The notes: generated from the letters alone by a model not told the origin. Counted from the first letter of the stretch, positions 19,701-28,239 are shown. The stretch: 64,000 nt of DNA from an uncultured Desulfosarcina sp. (GCA_963674945.2 CAXXWQ010000004.1:1920001-1984000); one strand, 5' to 3'. Numbers and translations: made by a program.

Positions 19701-20087
19701 ATAAGTGTAGATCTTCAATATGAGCAACTTAACAGGGACCATGAATTTGTGGGGTCAAATCTATTTGCTCGATTGGAAACCTATAGGCTACCAATCAGCT
19801 TCAACTACTTCCATGATTCCGGTTTCAGTTTTCACTTTAAAACAACCTATACCGATCAGCAGGGAGAGTTCGGTGACCCAGTTTTTGAAGATTTGGTCTC
19901 CAATGGCGATCATTTCTGGGTCGCTGATGCATCCGTCCGGTATCAGTTGCCGAACAGATTGGGCTTTTTCACCATTGTGGCAAAAAATATCTTTAATTCA
20001 TCATTCAGGTTTCAGGACACGGATCCTGCGAATCCCCAAATTTATCCTGAGCCCTATTATTTTGCCAGGTTTGAATTCGGCTTTTAA
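16737..20087 (+). CDS. FecR-TPR-beta-barrel outer-membrane receptor (NsrA-like architecture)
   Basis: Signal peptide ending RAHA, FecR-like beta domain (LRLDQNT, ILTPFVNGVVSGTEF), multiple TPR repeats, aromatic-rich alternating strands, C-terminal YYFARFEFGF barrel signal. Start uncertain (16584 or 16737). Confidence 0.85.
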   Translation: MNTFSTHIRRSIRYWAAFWTLQAGCILVAGFLYASRAHAADESDTAVWVSRIVSIQGSVLVRRSGDTDWQPVQLNDTFFIGDQIRVQVNSRAGIRLSNDAVLRLDQNTTLVFIEIETQTTFVYRLVKGAVQFFSHWPRSLRILTPFVNGVVSGTEFFVRVDDDQTRIDLFEGRILAENTFGSLQLAAGESVTAEAGHAPQRQILVRPMDGVQWAMYYPPILAWGGNGGSPDIGDTAALVNQGRISDALTRLEALGPQVQNARFFVFRAALRLHVGRVVEAEADIGLALELDPADGDALALQAVIAVVQNRKTDALRDAREAVRLDPRSASTHIALSYALQADFDLTGALQAARDAVTQAPGNYVAWARLAELRLSVGELDQGVAAARKAVDLNPRAAHAHTTLGFAHLTQIQTEKARKAFDKAIALDSAAPLPRLGLGLATIRDGDLEQGRAQIEIAASLDPANALIRSYLGKAYFEEKRGPLDERQFEIAKALDPNDPTPWFYDAIRKQILNRPGEALQDLQRSIELNDNRAVYRSRLFLDQDLAARSASLGRIFNDLDFQHLALNEGYKSLTADATNHSAHRLLADNYAAKPRHEIARVSELLQSQLLQPINILPVQPYLAESNLSILSCAGPSSPSLYEYTPLFSRNRLAFQAGVITGSNSTLGDEIVQSGMWGRYSYSLGQFYYETDGFRENNGQTHNIYNAFVQMSVSPETSIQAEYRYKDLENGDLELRLDPENYYPSYRYDEKIQTFRFGMRKSFFPHSTLIASAIYQLEDYTYTDADYKNDNEEDGVLLELRYLLSYEFIQLSLGGGYFESDFTFIDNYDPGSIVKSKYNNIYAYLSISYPKSITWLLGGSGESSKIESTNRDQFNPKMGVHWNLTSRTTLRAAAFRTLQRDIISSQTIEPVQVAGFNQFFEDGVGTDAWNYGVGIDQMFSNFLYGGLDILNRELDVPYLDIFTGDRFSADWKEYMWRAYLNLILLSNLSISVDLQYEQLNRDHEFVGSNLFARLETYRLPISFNYFHDSGFSFHFKTTYTDQQGEFGDPVFEDLVSNGDHFWVADASVRYQLPNRLGFFTIVAKNIFNSSFRFQDTDPANPQIYPEPYYFARFEFGF

Positions 20088-20180
20088 TTTTTCTTTACAC
20101 TATCAAATGGGAAGTATTGGCTCGACAGTAGATTTATACTACCGAATTATTGTAATTACATTAAACGAAAGGAGAATGAC

Positions 20181-20417
20181 ATGGGTAATGTTAAAATGCG
20201 CATTACAATCGATGTAGAGAGCGATGAGATTGTTGTAAAGAAGGTGATCGACGGAAAAGAAGAAGATATCAGACCTGAAGACAAGCTCGGTGAAAACTTT
20301 GAGAGACTGGAAAACGTAACTCAATGCGACTCAGCTATCATTTTAAAAGCCCATAACAGTCCGGATTGTATATATATTTATCATAGAAAACTTGGTTGGA
20401 TAAGAGTCTGTACGTAA
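20181..20417 (+). CDS. 78-aa small protein with acidic N-terminal part and C-terminal Cys-x13-Cys loop
   Basis: Strong AAAGGAG RBS. Ends ILKAHNSPDCIYIYHRKLGWIRVCT. Confidence 0.75.
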   Translation: MGNVKMRITIDVESDEIVVKKVIDGKEEDIRPEDKLGENFERLENVTQCDSAIILKAHNSPDCIYIYHRKLGWIRVCT

Positions 20418-20618
20418 AATATCATGGTGCCAACAACCAACATTAATACGGATGTCTTTGATTTCCGGCCATCAGCTGGAAAAACGAAAGCATATTAAAA
20501 TTTCAATTGTTGTGCTAATCGCTGGAGGTGAGGGTGATTTGTTCTTTTGACTTATGATGTTTTGTTTCATCTAATAAAACTTTTTAACTACATTAGCGGA
20601 GGATGCTGATCGAAACGG

Positions 20619-20810
20619 CTATTTTCGCAGGACACTGATAAATGCCCTTTGAGCTTCGATCCCCGCTGTCTCGACCACCCGCAATGTCTGGGTACCGATG
20701 ACGGAGATGTCTACTTTTGCCTTAAGAAATTCGTTGTCGGAGCGATCCTTGACGCTGAATCTCAGTTCCAGAGGTTAGCCGATGGCCTTTCGGCAATGTC
20801 TATTGTAGTA
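20619..20810 (-). pseudogene. Decayed duplicate of the trpA 3' end
   Basis: Translates CRKAIG*PLELRFSVKDRSDNEFLKAKVDISVIGTQTLRVVETAGIEAQRAFISVLRK*, colinear with the TrpA C-terminus CRKATGLPLALGFGVKDRSDIEFLTGKADIAVIGTQALRMVETGGIENLSVFLGDLIR. Confidence 0.9.
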
Positions 20811-20884
20811 CGAAATTTTCTAAAAGCTATCGATAAAGCCAACAAACATGATCCGTCTTTTTTTGGCAGGCATCTGATTTATAT

Positions 20885-21568
20885 TTATAATCGCCTTCGC
20901 CATTTCCCGATATAGATATGGTCATGCACGTTCTCCCAGTTGTCTTTCTCTATTTTAACATGGTGTTTAAAATTGGCATGGAAGTCATCACATGCGGTGC
21001 AGCCTCCGATTTCTCCGATATACACGATCTCTTTTTCGGTGCCCCATTTATCCATGACGTCACATATATAATCATCACTCACGGGAGGCCAGGAGACGAT
21101 AATACTGTCGGCCGGGAATTTTTCAATTGCCTCCATTGCATCCATACAGGTTACGCCGAAAGAGGAACTGTAAGTATCGGTTCTGTCCGTGGCAATGGAA
21201 TTGATTCCAGCATTTCTTAGCCCATGGGATAACCAGCCCGAGCCTGCCATTATTTCCAGGCATTGCTTTCCTGTCAGATGGCCGGCCAGCTCCTGTATCC
21301 AACAATTTTCTATTAATGGGTAGATACCATGTTGAAGAAGTATAGTCCGAACAACATAGGCTTCACCGAAATTAGATGAATTTACTTCGTAGGCAGAAAC
21401 TCCTTGTTTAAACACATCGGGGGCATTTTCAGGAAAATCTCCGGACAAAACACGATCCAGATATTCCTGGGATTTTCTGCTTATGTCATAACGATTCGTC
21501 GTTTTTGTGATTTCTTCAACAGGCACCTGATTGTAACCAAAGACATCAAACGACATAGGAACACCCAT
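20885..21568 (-). CDS. AT-rich hypothetical protein with class I SAM-dependent methyltransferase-like motifs
   Basis: CLEIMAGSGWLS (motif I-like), IATD, IVSWPP. Starts 1 nt after the trpA stop. Confidence 0.7.
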   Translation of the reverse strand: MGVPMSFDVFGYNQVPVEEITKTTNRYDISRKSQEYLDRVLSGDFPENAPDVFKQGVSAYEVNSSNFGEAYVVRTILLQHGIYPLIENCWIQELAGHLTGKQCLEIMAGSGWLSHGLRNAGINSIATDRTDTYSSSFGVTCMDAMEAIEKFPADSIIVSWPPVSDDYICDVMDKWGTEKEIVYIGEIGGCTACDDFHANFKHHVKIEKDNWENVHDHIYIGKWRRRL

Positions 21569-21569
21569 T

Positions 21570-22334
21570 TTACCTTATCAGGTCGCCGAGAAAAACACTC
21601 AAATTTTCGATCCCCCCTGTCTCCACCATTCGCAATGCCTGGGTTCCGATGACGGCGATGTCTGCCTTTCCCGTGAGAAATTCGATGTCGGAACGATCCT
21701 TGACGCCGAATCCCAACGCCAGGGGCAAGCCGGTGGCCTTTCGGCAGCGTTCCAGATAGTCATTCAGATCGCGGGAGAAATCGGTTTGATCGCCGGTGAC
21801 CCCTTTGCGGGCCACACAGTAGACGAAACCGTCCGCCACCTTTGCGATGGTCTGCATGCGCCGTTCGGTTGTCTCGGGAGAAAAGATGAAAATGGGGCTG
21901 AGGCTCGTTCTGTTCATGGCGTCAAGGTACGCACCCGCCTCTTCCGGCGGCAGGTCGGGTACGATGGCACCTTTTACACCCGCATCCTTCATGTGATCGG
22001 CGAATCGGTCGACGCCGTACTTGAACAGGATGTTGTAGTAGGTCATGTAGAGAAAGGGAATGGAGAACCGGTCGACCACCGTACGTCCGAATTCTAGGCA
22101 GTCGGCGACCTTTACCCCCTGAGCCAGTGCCCGCTGGTTAGCCTTTAAAATCACCGGACCGTCCGCAATGGGTTCGGAAAAGGGGATCTGCAGTTCCATC
22201 AGATCCACGCCGGCCTCGATCATGGTGCGGACGATCTCCATGGATTTTTCCATGGAGGGATATCCGATGACGATATGGGTCATCAGAAGGATCTTCTTTT
22301 CTGCAAGCCGTGAACGGATATAGGATTCAAGCAT
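21570..22334 (-). CDS. trpA: Tryptophan synthase alpha subunit
   Basis: MELQIPFSEPIADGPVI, MTYYN, VPDLPPEE, GVTG, GFGV. Start MLESY overlaps the trpB stop. Confidence 0.96.
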   Translation of the reverse strand: MLESYIRSRLAEKKILLMTHIVIGYPSMEKSMEIVRTMIEAGVDLMELQIPFSEPIADGPVILKANQRALAQGVKVADCLEFGRTVVDRFSIPFLYMTYYNILFKYGVDRFADHMKDAGVKGAIVPDLPPEEAGAYLDAMNRTSLSPIFIFSPETTERRMQTIAKVADGFVYCVARKGVTGDQTDFSRDLNDYLERCRKATGLPLALGFGVKDRSDIEFLTGKADIAVIGTQALRMVETGGIENLSVFLGDLIR

Positions 22335-23553
22335 GATATTGTTTTGCCTTTTCGATGATGAATTGTTTCCATTTGGGATCGTCGAAGGCATCGGCGATGG
22401 TGAAGATGTCCTTGTCTCCCCGACCGGACTGGTTGATGAGAATGATTTCATCGGACGACATCTTTGGTGCCTCCTTGAATGCCCGGGCAAAGGCATGGGC
22501 CGATTCCAGGGCCGGAATCACCCCTTCCTTGCGCATGGTCAGGGATGCCGCGTCGATCACCTCATCATCCGTCGCCCCCTCGAACCGGACCCGTCCCTTC
22601 TCTTTGAGATCGGATAGAATGGGACTGACGCCCACGTAGTCGAGGCCGGCGGCGATGGAGTGGGTCTCTCTCATCTGGCCGTCCCCGTCCTGCAGAAAAT
22701 AGGTTTTGTATCCCTGGGCCACACCAACGCAGGCGTCCGGGCAGCAGAGCCGTGAAGCATGTTCGCCCGAATCCAGACCGCGCCCGGCGGCCTCCACGCC
22801 CACCAACGCCACATCGTCATCAAAAAACCCGCTGAAGATCCCCATGGCATTGGACCCGCCGCCCACACAGGCATAGACCCGGGAGGGCAATCGCCCTTCC
22901 CGTTCCAGCATCTGCCCGCGCGCCTCTTTGCCCACGATGGATTGAAACCAGGAGACCATCTCGGGGAATGGATGGGGTCCGCAGGCGGTACCCAGAACGT
23001 AATGGGTGGTATCCATATTGGTCACCCAGTCCCGGAAAGCCTCATTGATGGCGTCCTTTAATATCCGCGTGCCATCGGTCACCGGCACTACCGTCGCCCC
23101 CAACTGCTCCATCCAGAAGACATTGGGACGCTGGCGAAGCACGTCCACCTCTCCCATGTAGATGGTACAGTCGAATCCGAAGCGGGCGGCCATGGTGGCC
23201 GTAGCCACCCCGTGCTGTCCGGCGCCTGTCTCGGCGATCACACGGGTCTTTCCCATGCGTTTGACGAGCAACCCCTGCCCCATGACGTTGTTTGCCTTGT
23301 GCGCTCCGGTGTGATTCAGGTCTTCACGTTTGATGAAAATCCGGGCGCCGCCGAAATGGCGGGTAAGGTTCTCTGCTTCGGTTATGGGCGTCGGCCGGCA
23401 CGAATAGCTGGACATCAGCTGCTCATATTCCGGCCAGAAGTCCGGATCTCCTTTGGCCGCTTCAAAGGCCGCTTCCAGTTCGTCAAACGTGGCAACCAGA
23501 ATCTCGGGCAGAAAGGCCCCCCCGAAGCTGCCGTAGTAACCGCGTTTTTTCAT
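22327..23553 (-). CDS. trpB: Tryptophan synthase beta subunit
   Basis: KREDLNHTGAHK (PLP lysine), AETGAGQHGVA, CVGGGSNAMG, SGRGDKD. Confidence 0.98.
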   Translation of the reverse strand: MKKRGYYGSFGGAFLPEILVATFDELEAAFEAAKGDPDFWPEYEQLMSSYSCRPTPITEAENLTRHFGGARIFIKREDLNHTGAHKANNVMGQGLLVKRMGKTRVIAETGAGQHGVATATMAARFGFDCTIYMGEVDVLRQRPNVFWMEQLGATVVPVTDGTRILKDAINEAFRDWVTNMDTTHYVLGTACGPHPFPEMVSWFQSIVGKEARGQMLEREGRLPSRVYACVGGGSNAMGIFSGFFDDDVALVGVEAAGRGLDSGEHASRLCCPDACVGVAQGYKTYFLQDGDGQMRETHSIAAGLDYVGVSPILSDLKEKGRVRFEGATDDEVIDAASLTMRKEGVIPALESAHAFARAFKEAPKMSSDEIILINQSGRGDKDIFTIADAFDDPKWKQFIIEKAKQYHA

Positions 23554-23593
23554 CGATCGTTCCTCCGATTTACCGGTTTTCGATTTACCGGCC

Positions 23594-24325
23594 TCACATT
23601 TGCGCCGCGCCTGAGATTTGCTGCGCGAAAACGAAATTTTCGGTGTTGCATGTCAGGATGGAGAAGACGGCATTCTTGGCCTGGTTGAAATGAAGAAACC
23701 GGTTCACAACCAAAAGGGGCGTATCGGTACCCACCTCCATTGTGGCGGCTTTTTCCTTGTCGAGGGTGCCGACGTGAAAGGTCTGTCTTCCACCGACCGG
23801 ACGCATGTAGAAGTTGGATTCCACCACCTGCGCCAGAGAGCGACCGTGAAGGTCCATACGTTCGATTCCCTTGAACAATACCGGGTGGAGATAGATCTCC
23901 TCCAGCAATACGGGTGTGCCGTCCACCCGATTAAGCCTGGTGAGGAAAAGAGCAGAACCGCCGGAAAAAGGGTTGCCGTCGCTTTTCGCCACAGCGATCC
24001 GACAAGTCGGCATCAGGGTCTCCACCTGCACGTCGATGCCCTCTTTCTGGAACGCAGAACTGGTACCGGCCAGGGAAAAGAGGTCCACCTCCTTGGCCGG
24101 TGTTCGCACGTAGGTGCCCGACCCCCTGCGCCTGGAGAGCATCCGCTTTCTCACAAGCAGATCCACGGCCTGACGCACCGTGGGCCGTCCGATGCCATAC
24201 ACCTTTGCCAGCTGCGGCTCCGAAGGGATACGCGTACCGGGCGGATAGTCCCCGGATCGGATCTCCTCCATGAGAATTTCGGCCAGCTGGTGATACAGCG
24301 GCATGGGAGATTGGGGATTCAGCAT
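23594..24325 (-). CDS. GntR-family (HutC/UTRA) transcriptional regulator
   Basis: PLYHQLAEIL...IPSEPQLA...RPTVRQAV...RRRGSGTYV wHTH followed by a UTRA-like domain. GAGAGG RBS before MLNPQ. Confidence 0.92.
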   Translation of the reverse strand: MLNPQSPMPLYHQLAEILMEEIRSGDYPPGTRIPSEPQLAKVYGIGRPTVRQAVDLLVRKRMLSRRRGSGTYVRTPAKEVDLFSLAGTSSAFQKEGIDVQVETLMPTCRIAVAKSDGNPFSGGSALFLTRLNRVDGTPVLLEEIYLHPVLFKGIERMDLHGRSLAQVVESNFYMRPVGGRQTFHVGTLDKEKAATMEVGTDTPLLVVNRFLHFNQAKNAVFSILTCNTENFVFAQQISGAAQM

Positions 24326-24353
24326 GGTTTTGTTTTCCTCTCTCATGGCCTGC

Positions 24354-24386
24354 ACCATGACAGCAATCTGTAAAGTTGTCAAGACA
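24354..24386 (-). promoter_or_regulatory. Candidate sigma70 promoter with overlapping HutC-type operator
   Basis: Minus strand TTGACA-N17-CATGGT. Palindrome TGTC-AA-GACA (24377-24386) overlaps the -35. Confidence 0.5.
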
Positions 24387-24431
24387 TTTAATCATATAAG
24401 GATAGCAATAACGGATCCATCCCTTTAACCG

Positions 24432-27400
24432 TCAACCAGTGCTTGCTCCATTTATCGGCATGCGGAAACAAAATACGCTTCCCGTTCCCACTTCGCTTTC
24501 AACATGGATGCGGCCGCCGTGCGCCTCCACGGCCAGTTTACAGAATGCCAGCCCGAGGCCGACAGACGTCTTTTGCCGCCCGCCGGTTTCCACAGTGGTG
24601 AACTTATCGAATATTGTCTTTTGGAAGCGCTCGGGGATTCCATCGCCGGAATCACAAACCTTTACCGTTATTCGGGACGCATCCGCCATGGTTTGGACCT
24701 CCACCGATCCGCCTTCGGGAGAAGCTTTGATGCCATTGCCAATCAGGTTGACGAGAACCCGCTGCATGATGTCCGGGTCCGCCCTTCCCTGGGAAGACGC
24801 CCCTGACAATTCGAGTTTCACTTTTGCCATCCGCGCCTGCACCGCCATCGCCCGGATGGCGTCCTGGGCAACGACCTTCATGTCAATGTCGGCTTGAACC
24901 AGCGGTATGCGCCCGGATTCAAGACGACCGATATCGAGAAGGGCCTGGGCCATGTTCGTTGCCGTCTGAACGCCGGCTTGGGCCATATGCAGCGAGTACA
25001 CGCCGTCAGGCCCCGGCAATTCACCATTCAGATCCATCTTCAACAGATCCAATGAACCTTTTACGGTCATGAGGGGAGACCGCATATCATGGACGATCAT
25101 GTGCGTAAGGTTATCTTTCGCCTCACCCAGCTCTTTCAATTCAGCATAACTGGCCCGCAAGGCCCGTTCGCTCTCTGCCAATGCAGCCTGTGATCGTTTG
25201 CGGCGCCCGATCTCCGCCTTCAGTCGCCGGTTCCAGTATACAAAAACCAGAATGACAACGAAGGTGCCCACCAGGATCTTTCCAAATAAGGAGTAGTCAA
25301 AGCCGTGTTCGTACCCGATCCACACCCATTTTCGGTAAAAGGCTGTCTTGTCTTCTTCGGGTAGGACCGCCAATACCTTATGCAGGATTCCGGCGAACAG
25401 TTCCCAGTCTTTTCTGACGGCCATGCGCAGCTTATAATCATAGGGCGTATCACCGGCAATCTTGATGCCATTGAGGCGCAGTTTGCTCAGATAGTAGTTG
25501 CCGGTAAGAACACCGCCGACAAACACATCGACAGCGCCCTTTTGCAAAAGACCGAAAGCATCGGAAATGCTTGCCGTTCGCGTCAGATTCAACTGCGGAT
25601 GGTCCCGTGTTATCCACTCATCCGTCGCGTATCCGCCGACAACGGCGACACGGAGATTTTTTAATTCAGACAGCCGGCTGATGTATGGCATATCACTGCG
25701 TGAAAACAAAACAACCGGCGAACTCACATAGGGCTCCGTAAACGTCAGGTGCTCGAGCCGCTCCGGTGTAATGGAGAGACAGGTGCTCATATCGACCTCC
25801 CGCCGTTTCAGCTTTCCGTATGTCGTCTGCCAGTCGGTTGCCATGCTCGTGTCGAATCGAATACCGAGAATCTCTTCGATGGCTTTCAGGTACTCCATGG
25901 AGATTCCCCGGGGCGTTCCGTTGGTATCGGCAAATTCGATCGGCGCCCACTCACGGTCCCAGGCGATCCGTATTCGAGGATGCATGAGCAACCACTCGCG
26001 TTCTGCTTGTGAAAGATCGATGCGGGACGGTGCCGCTACGGGAAGGGGCAGCCACTTGGCGAATACTTCATTTCGCTGCCGCATGGTGATGGCACGTAGC
26101 GCCTTGTTGAGGATCGATACCAGCTCTGGCCGGTCTTTTCTGATACCGATGGCGAGCGGCTGAGGCCTCGGATCGGCATAACCGGCCATCTTGATGTTCG
26201 TAAGTGCCAGCTCATGCATGAGATGGGTTGTCACCGCCAGGTTGCCCACCACGGCGTCGATTACACCGCGTGACACGGCGAGCAAACCTTCCTCATACGT
26301 CTTGTACAGAACCGGCTCGAATTGCATATCCTCCGTTAAAAAAGCATGATGGGAGCTGTCCACCTGCACCCCCACCCGCAGGCCATGAAGGTCACTGATG
26401 TCCGACACCGGTGAATCCATGGGGGTAACAATGACCCGGGCAAACTTAAGATAGGGTTCGCTGAAGGAGAGGTACGACCGCCGTTCATCACTATACCCGA
26501 TGCATGGCAGGATATCCGCTTCACCCTTCTTGATGGCATCCAAGCTATCCGACCAGCTCTTTTGTTGAACGAGTTCGAAATCGAGACCGGTCTTGTTTTC
26601 AATCAGGGTCATGAAATCCGCCGCCATGCCCCGGTATCTTCCGTCCTCGGTCAAAAACTCGAAAGGTGCAAACCCGGGGTCTACGCTGAAGCGGACAACT
26701 GGGTGCGCCAAGATCCACTGGCGCTCTTTCCGGGTCAGACGAAGCGGATGGGAGTATTTCTGGACTTCGCCTTTCCACTTTCTTTTTCCTCCGCCGAGGT
26801 AGTAGGCCAACACCTCATGGTAGACGGAACCGGGATTCTGCTTGGCTTTTTGCATCCAGTCGTCGATCTTTTGGAGCAACTGGTGTCCCCGTGTATCGTC
26901 TTTTCGAACGGAAAATGCGAGGACGCGGGGATTGAAGATGATGGGGCTAGGACGGACTTCATATGCATCGGAATGAAGTGTCCCGTAGAGTCGGTTGACG
27001 ATGCCGACATCGGCTTGTTTTTCGTCTACGATCATCAACACTTGTTGATAATTGTCAAAGGCCATGTACCGGCACGGAATGCCGAACTGGGTCATCAATG
27101 ACTTGATTCCCTGAGGCCCTTCCGTATGGATGCTTCCCCGCATGACTGCCACGGTCAACCCCTCCATGTCCAGGAAGGATTCTACAGTGATATCCGCTCG
27201 GGAGAAGGCAGTTCCCCAGTTGACCAGGACAGGCTCCTTTGAAAACGCATAGCGTTCTTTGCGTTCTTCTGATATCGCCATGTCGACCATCAAATCGATG
27301 GTGCCGTCCTGAAGTCTTTTGAGGCAGTCCTGCCAGCTGCCGAATACATAATCGATTTCCCAACCGCTCTGCTTGGCGATTTCCTCGAGCACTTCCGGAA

Positions 27401-27554
27401 ACACTCCGGTCACACGACCGTCCGGCGTCATGAAAACCTTTGGCGGGTTCTGGTAGGCCCCCACCCGAATGGTTTCTTCACCAAAAGCGATCCCAGAGAG
27501 CGCCACCAAGACGATCAGAATGATGGACAGGCGTTTCATTCCATTTCTCAGCAT
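24432..27554 (-). CDS. Sensor histidine kinase with three tandem periplasmic solute-binding (PBP2/VFT) domains
   Basis: Signal peptide, three SBP_bac_3-like repeats, one TM, H-box IVHDMRSPL, GLGLAFCK HATPase. GAGGAGG RBS before ATG 27554. Confidence 0.92.
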   Translation of the reverse strand: MLRNGMKRLSIILIVLVALSGIAFGEETIRVGAYQNPPKVFMTPDGRVTGVFPEVLEEIAKQSGWEIDYVFGSWQDCLKRLQDGTIDLMVDMAISEERKERYAFSKEPVLVNWGTAFSRADITVESFLDMEGLTVAVMRGSIHTEGPQGIKSLMTQFGIPCRYMAFDNYQQVLMIVDEKQADVGIVNRLYGTLHSDAYEVRPSPIIFNPRVLAFSVRKDDTRGHQLLQKIDDWMQKAKQNPGSVYHEVLAYYLGGGKRKWKGEVQKYSHPLRLTRKERQWILAHPVVRFSVDPGFAPFEFLTEDGRYRGMAADFMTLIENKTGLDFELVQQKSWSDSLDAIKKGEADILPCIGYSDERRSYLSFSEPYLKFARVIVTPMDSPVSDISDLHGLRVGVQVDSSHHAFLTEDMQFEPVLYKTYEEGLLAVSRGVIDAVVGNLAVTTHLMHELALTNIKMAGYADPRPQPLAIGIRKDRPELVSILNKALRAITMRQRNEVFAKWLPLPVAAPSRIDLSQAEREWLLMHPRIRIAWDREWAPIEFADTNGTPRGISMEYLKAIEEILGIRFDTSMATDWQTTYGKLKRREVDMSTCLSITPERLEHLTFTEPYVSSPVVLFSRSDMPYISRLSELKNLRVAVVGGYATDEWITRDHPQLNLTRTASISDAFGLLQKGAVDVFVGGVLTGNYYLSKLRLNGIKIAGDTPYDYKLRMAVRKDWELFAGILHKVLAVLPEEDKTAFYRKWVWIGYEHGFDYSLFGKILVGTFVVILVFVYWNRRLKAEIGRRKRSQAALAESERALRASYAELKELGEAKDNLTHMIVHDMRSPLMTVKGSLDLLKMDLNGELPGPDGVYSLHMAQAGVQTATNMAQALLDIGRLESGRIPLVQADIDMKVVAQDAIRAMAVQARMAKVKLELSGASSQGRADPDIMQRVLVNLIGNGIKASPEGGSVEVQTMADASRITVKVCDSGDGIPERFQKTIFDKFTTVETGGRQKTSVGLGLAFCKLAVEAHGGRIHVESEVGTGSVFCFRMPINGASTG

Positions 27555-27565
27555 GGGATTCCTCC

Positions 27566-28006
27566 TCACTGGCGCCTTTCTTTAATAAATATCCTGACAT
27601 ATCGAATGCTTGATAAAAATAGTGCCAATCCGATGCCGGTATACAGGATTGCCAGGTTTTTTTTCGGAATCGTTGAGTGGCGCAAGAGGGCGCCCATCGC
27701 GACCATGACAAGAATGATGAGATAGCTCTTCCAGGCGATGAAAGAGAAGACACACCTTTTGCCATCCATCTGGACTATTCGTTTCGTATTTCGGTTTACG
27801 ATTTTTAAAAATCCAAAATGATGTATCAGCAACGCCAACAAAATGCCCATTGCCGAATACAGATAGAAGACGGTTGTTGATTCCACGGAAAGCCAGGAAA
27901 AAGCCAGGAAGATCAGCCAGATTCCTACAAGTTGCCAGACAATTCCCGCGATAAAAAGCAGAATCGTCCTGGCTACGGCAGGTTTATATTTATCGATGTT
28001 TCTCAT
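27566..28006 (-). CDS. Hypothetical four-helix membrane protein
   Basis: Four hydrophobic segments, directly upstream of the kinase. Confidence 0.75.
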   Translation of the reverse strand: MRNIDKYKPAVARTILLFIAGIVWQLVGIWLIFLAFSWLSVESTTVFYLYSAMGILLALLIHHFGFLKIVNRNTKRIVQMDGKRCVFSFIAWKSYLIILVMVAMGALLRHSTIPKKNLAILYTGIGLALFLSSIRYVRIFIKERRQ

Positions 28007-28180
28007 AAGGAAAGGATGATACAAAAAATATACAATACAAATCAAATAATCCAATTTAACTTATACTGCAACCATATTGTTCTGCATCACAATAAAGTAA
28101 CAATGCTATCATGTTATTTTACATTTATAGCGAATCGACTGGTTAAGTGGCACCAAAGTGAAAAATACGAATGGACTGAT

Positions 28181-28210
28181 AAAAAAAGGCAGCGGTTCCG
28201 CTGCCTTTTA
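28181..28210 (-). terminator. Rho-independent terminator, possibly bidirectional
   Basis: AAAAAAAGGCAGCGG-TT-CCGCTGCCTTTT inverted repeat. U-tract on the minus strand after the 28240 stop. Confidence 0.85.
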
Positions 28211-28239
28211 AACCCTTATCAATTTTACCAAATACCGTA

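Noticed and set aside
20649..20915. 88-aa plus-strand ORF
   Set aside because: Antisense reading of the decayed trpA remnant, TTG start without RBS.
23566..23593. CGATTTACCGG direct repeat between gntR and trpB as a possible Trp attenuator
   Set aside because: Too short, with no Trp-codon leader and no terminator.
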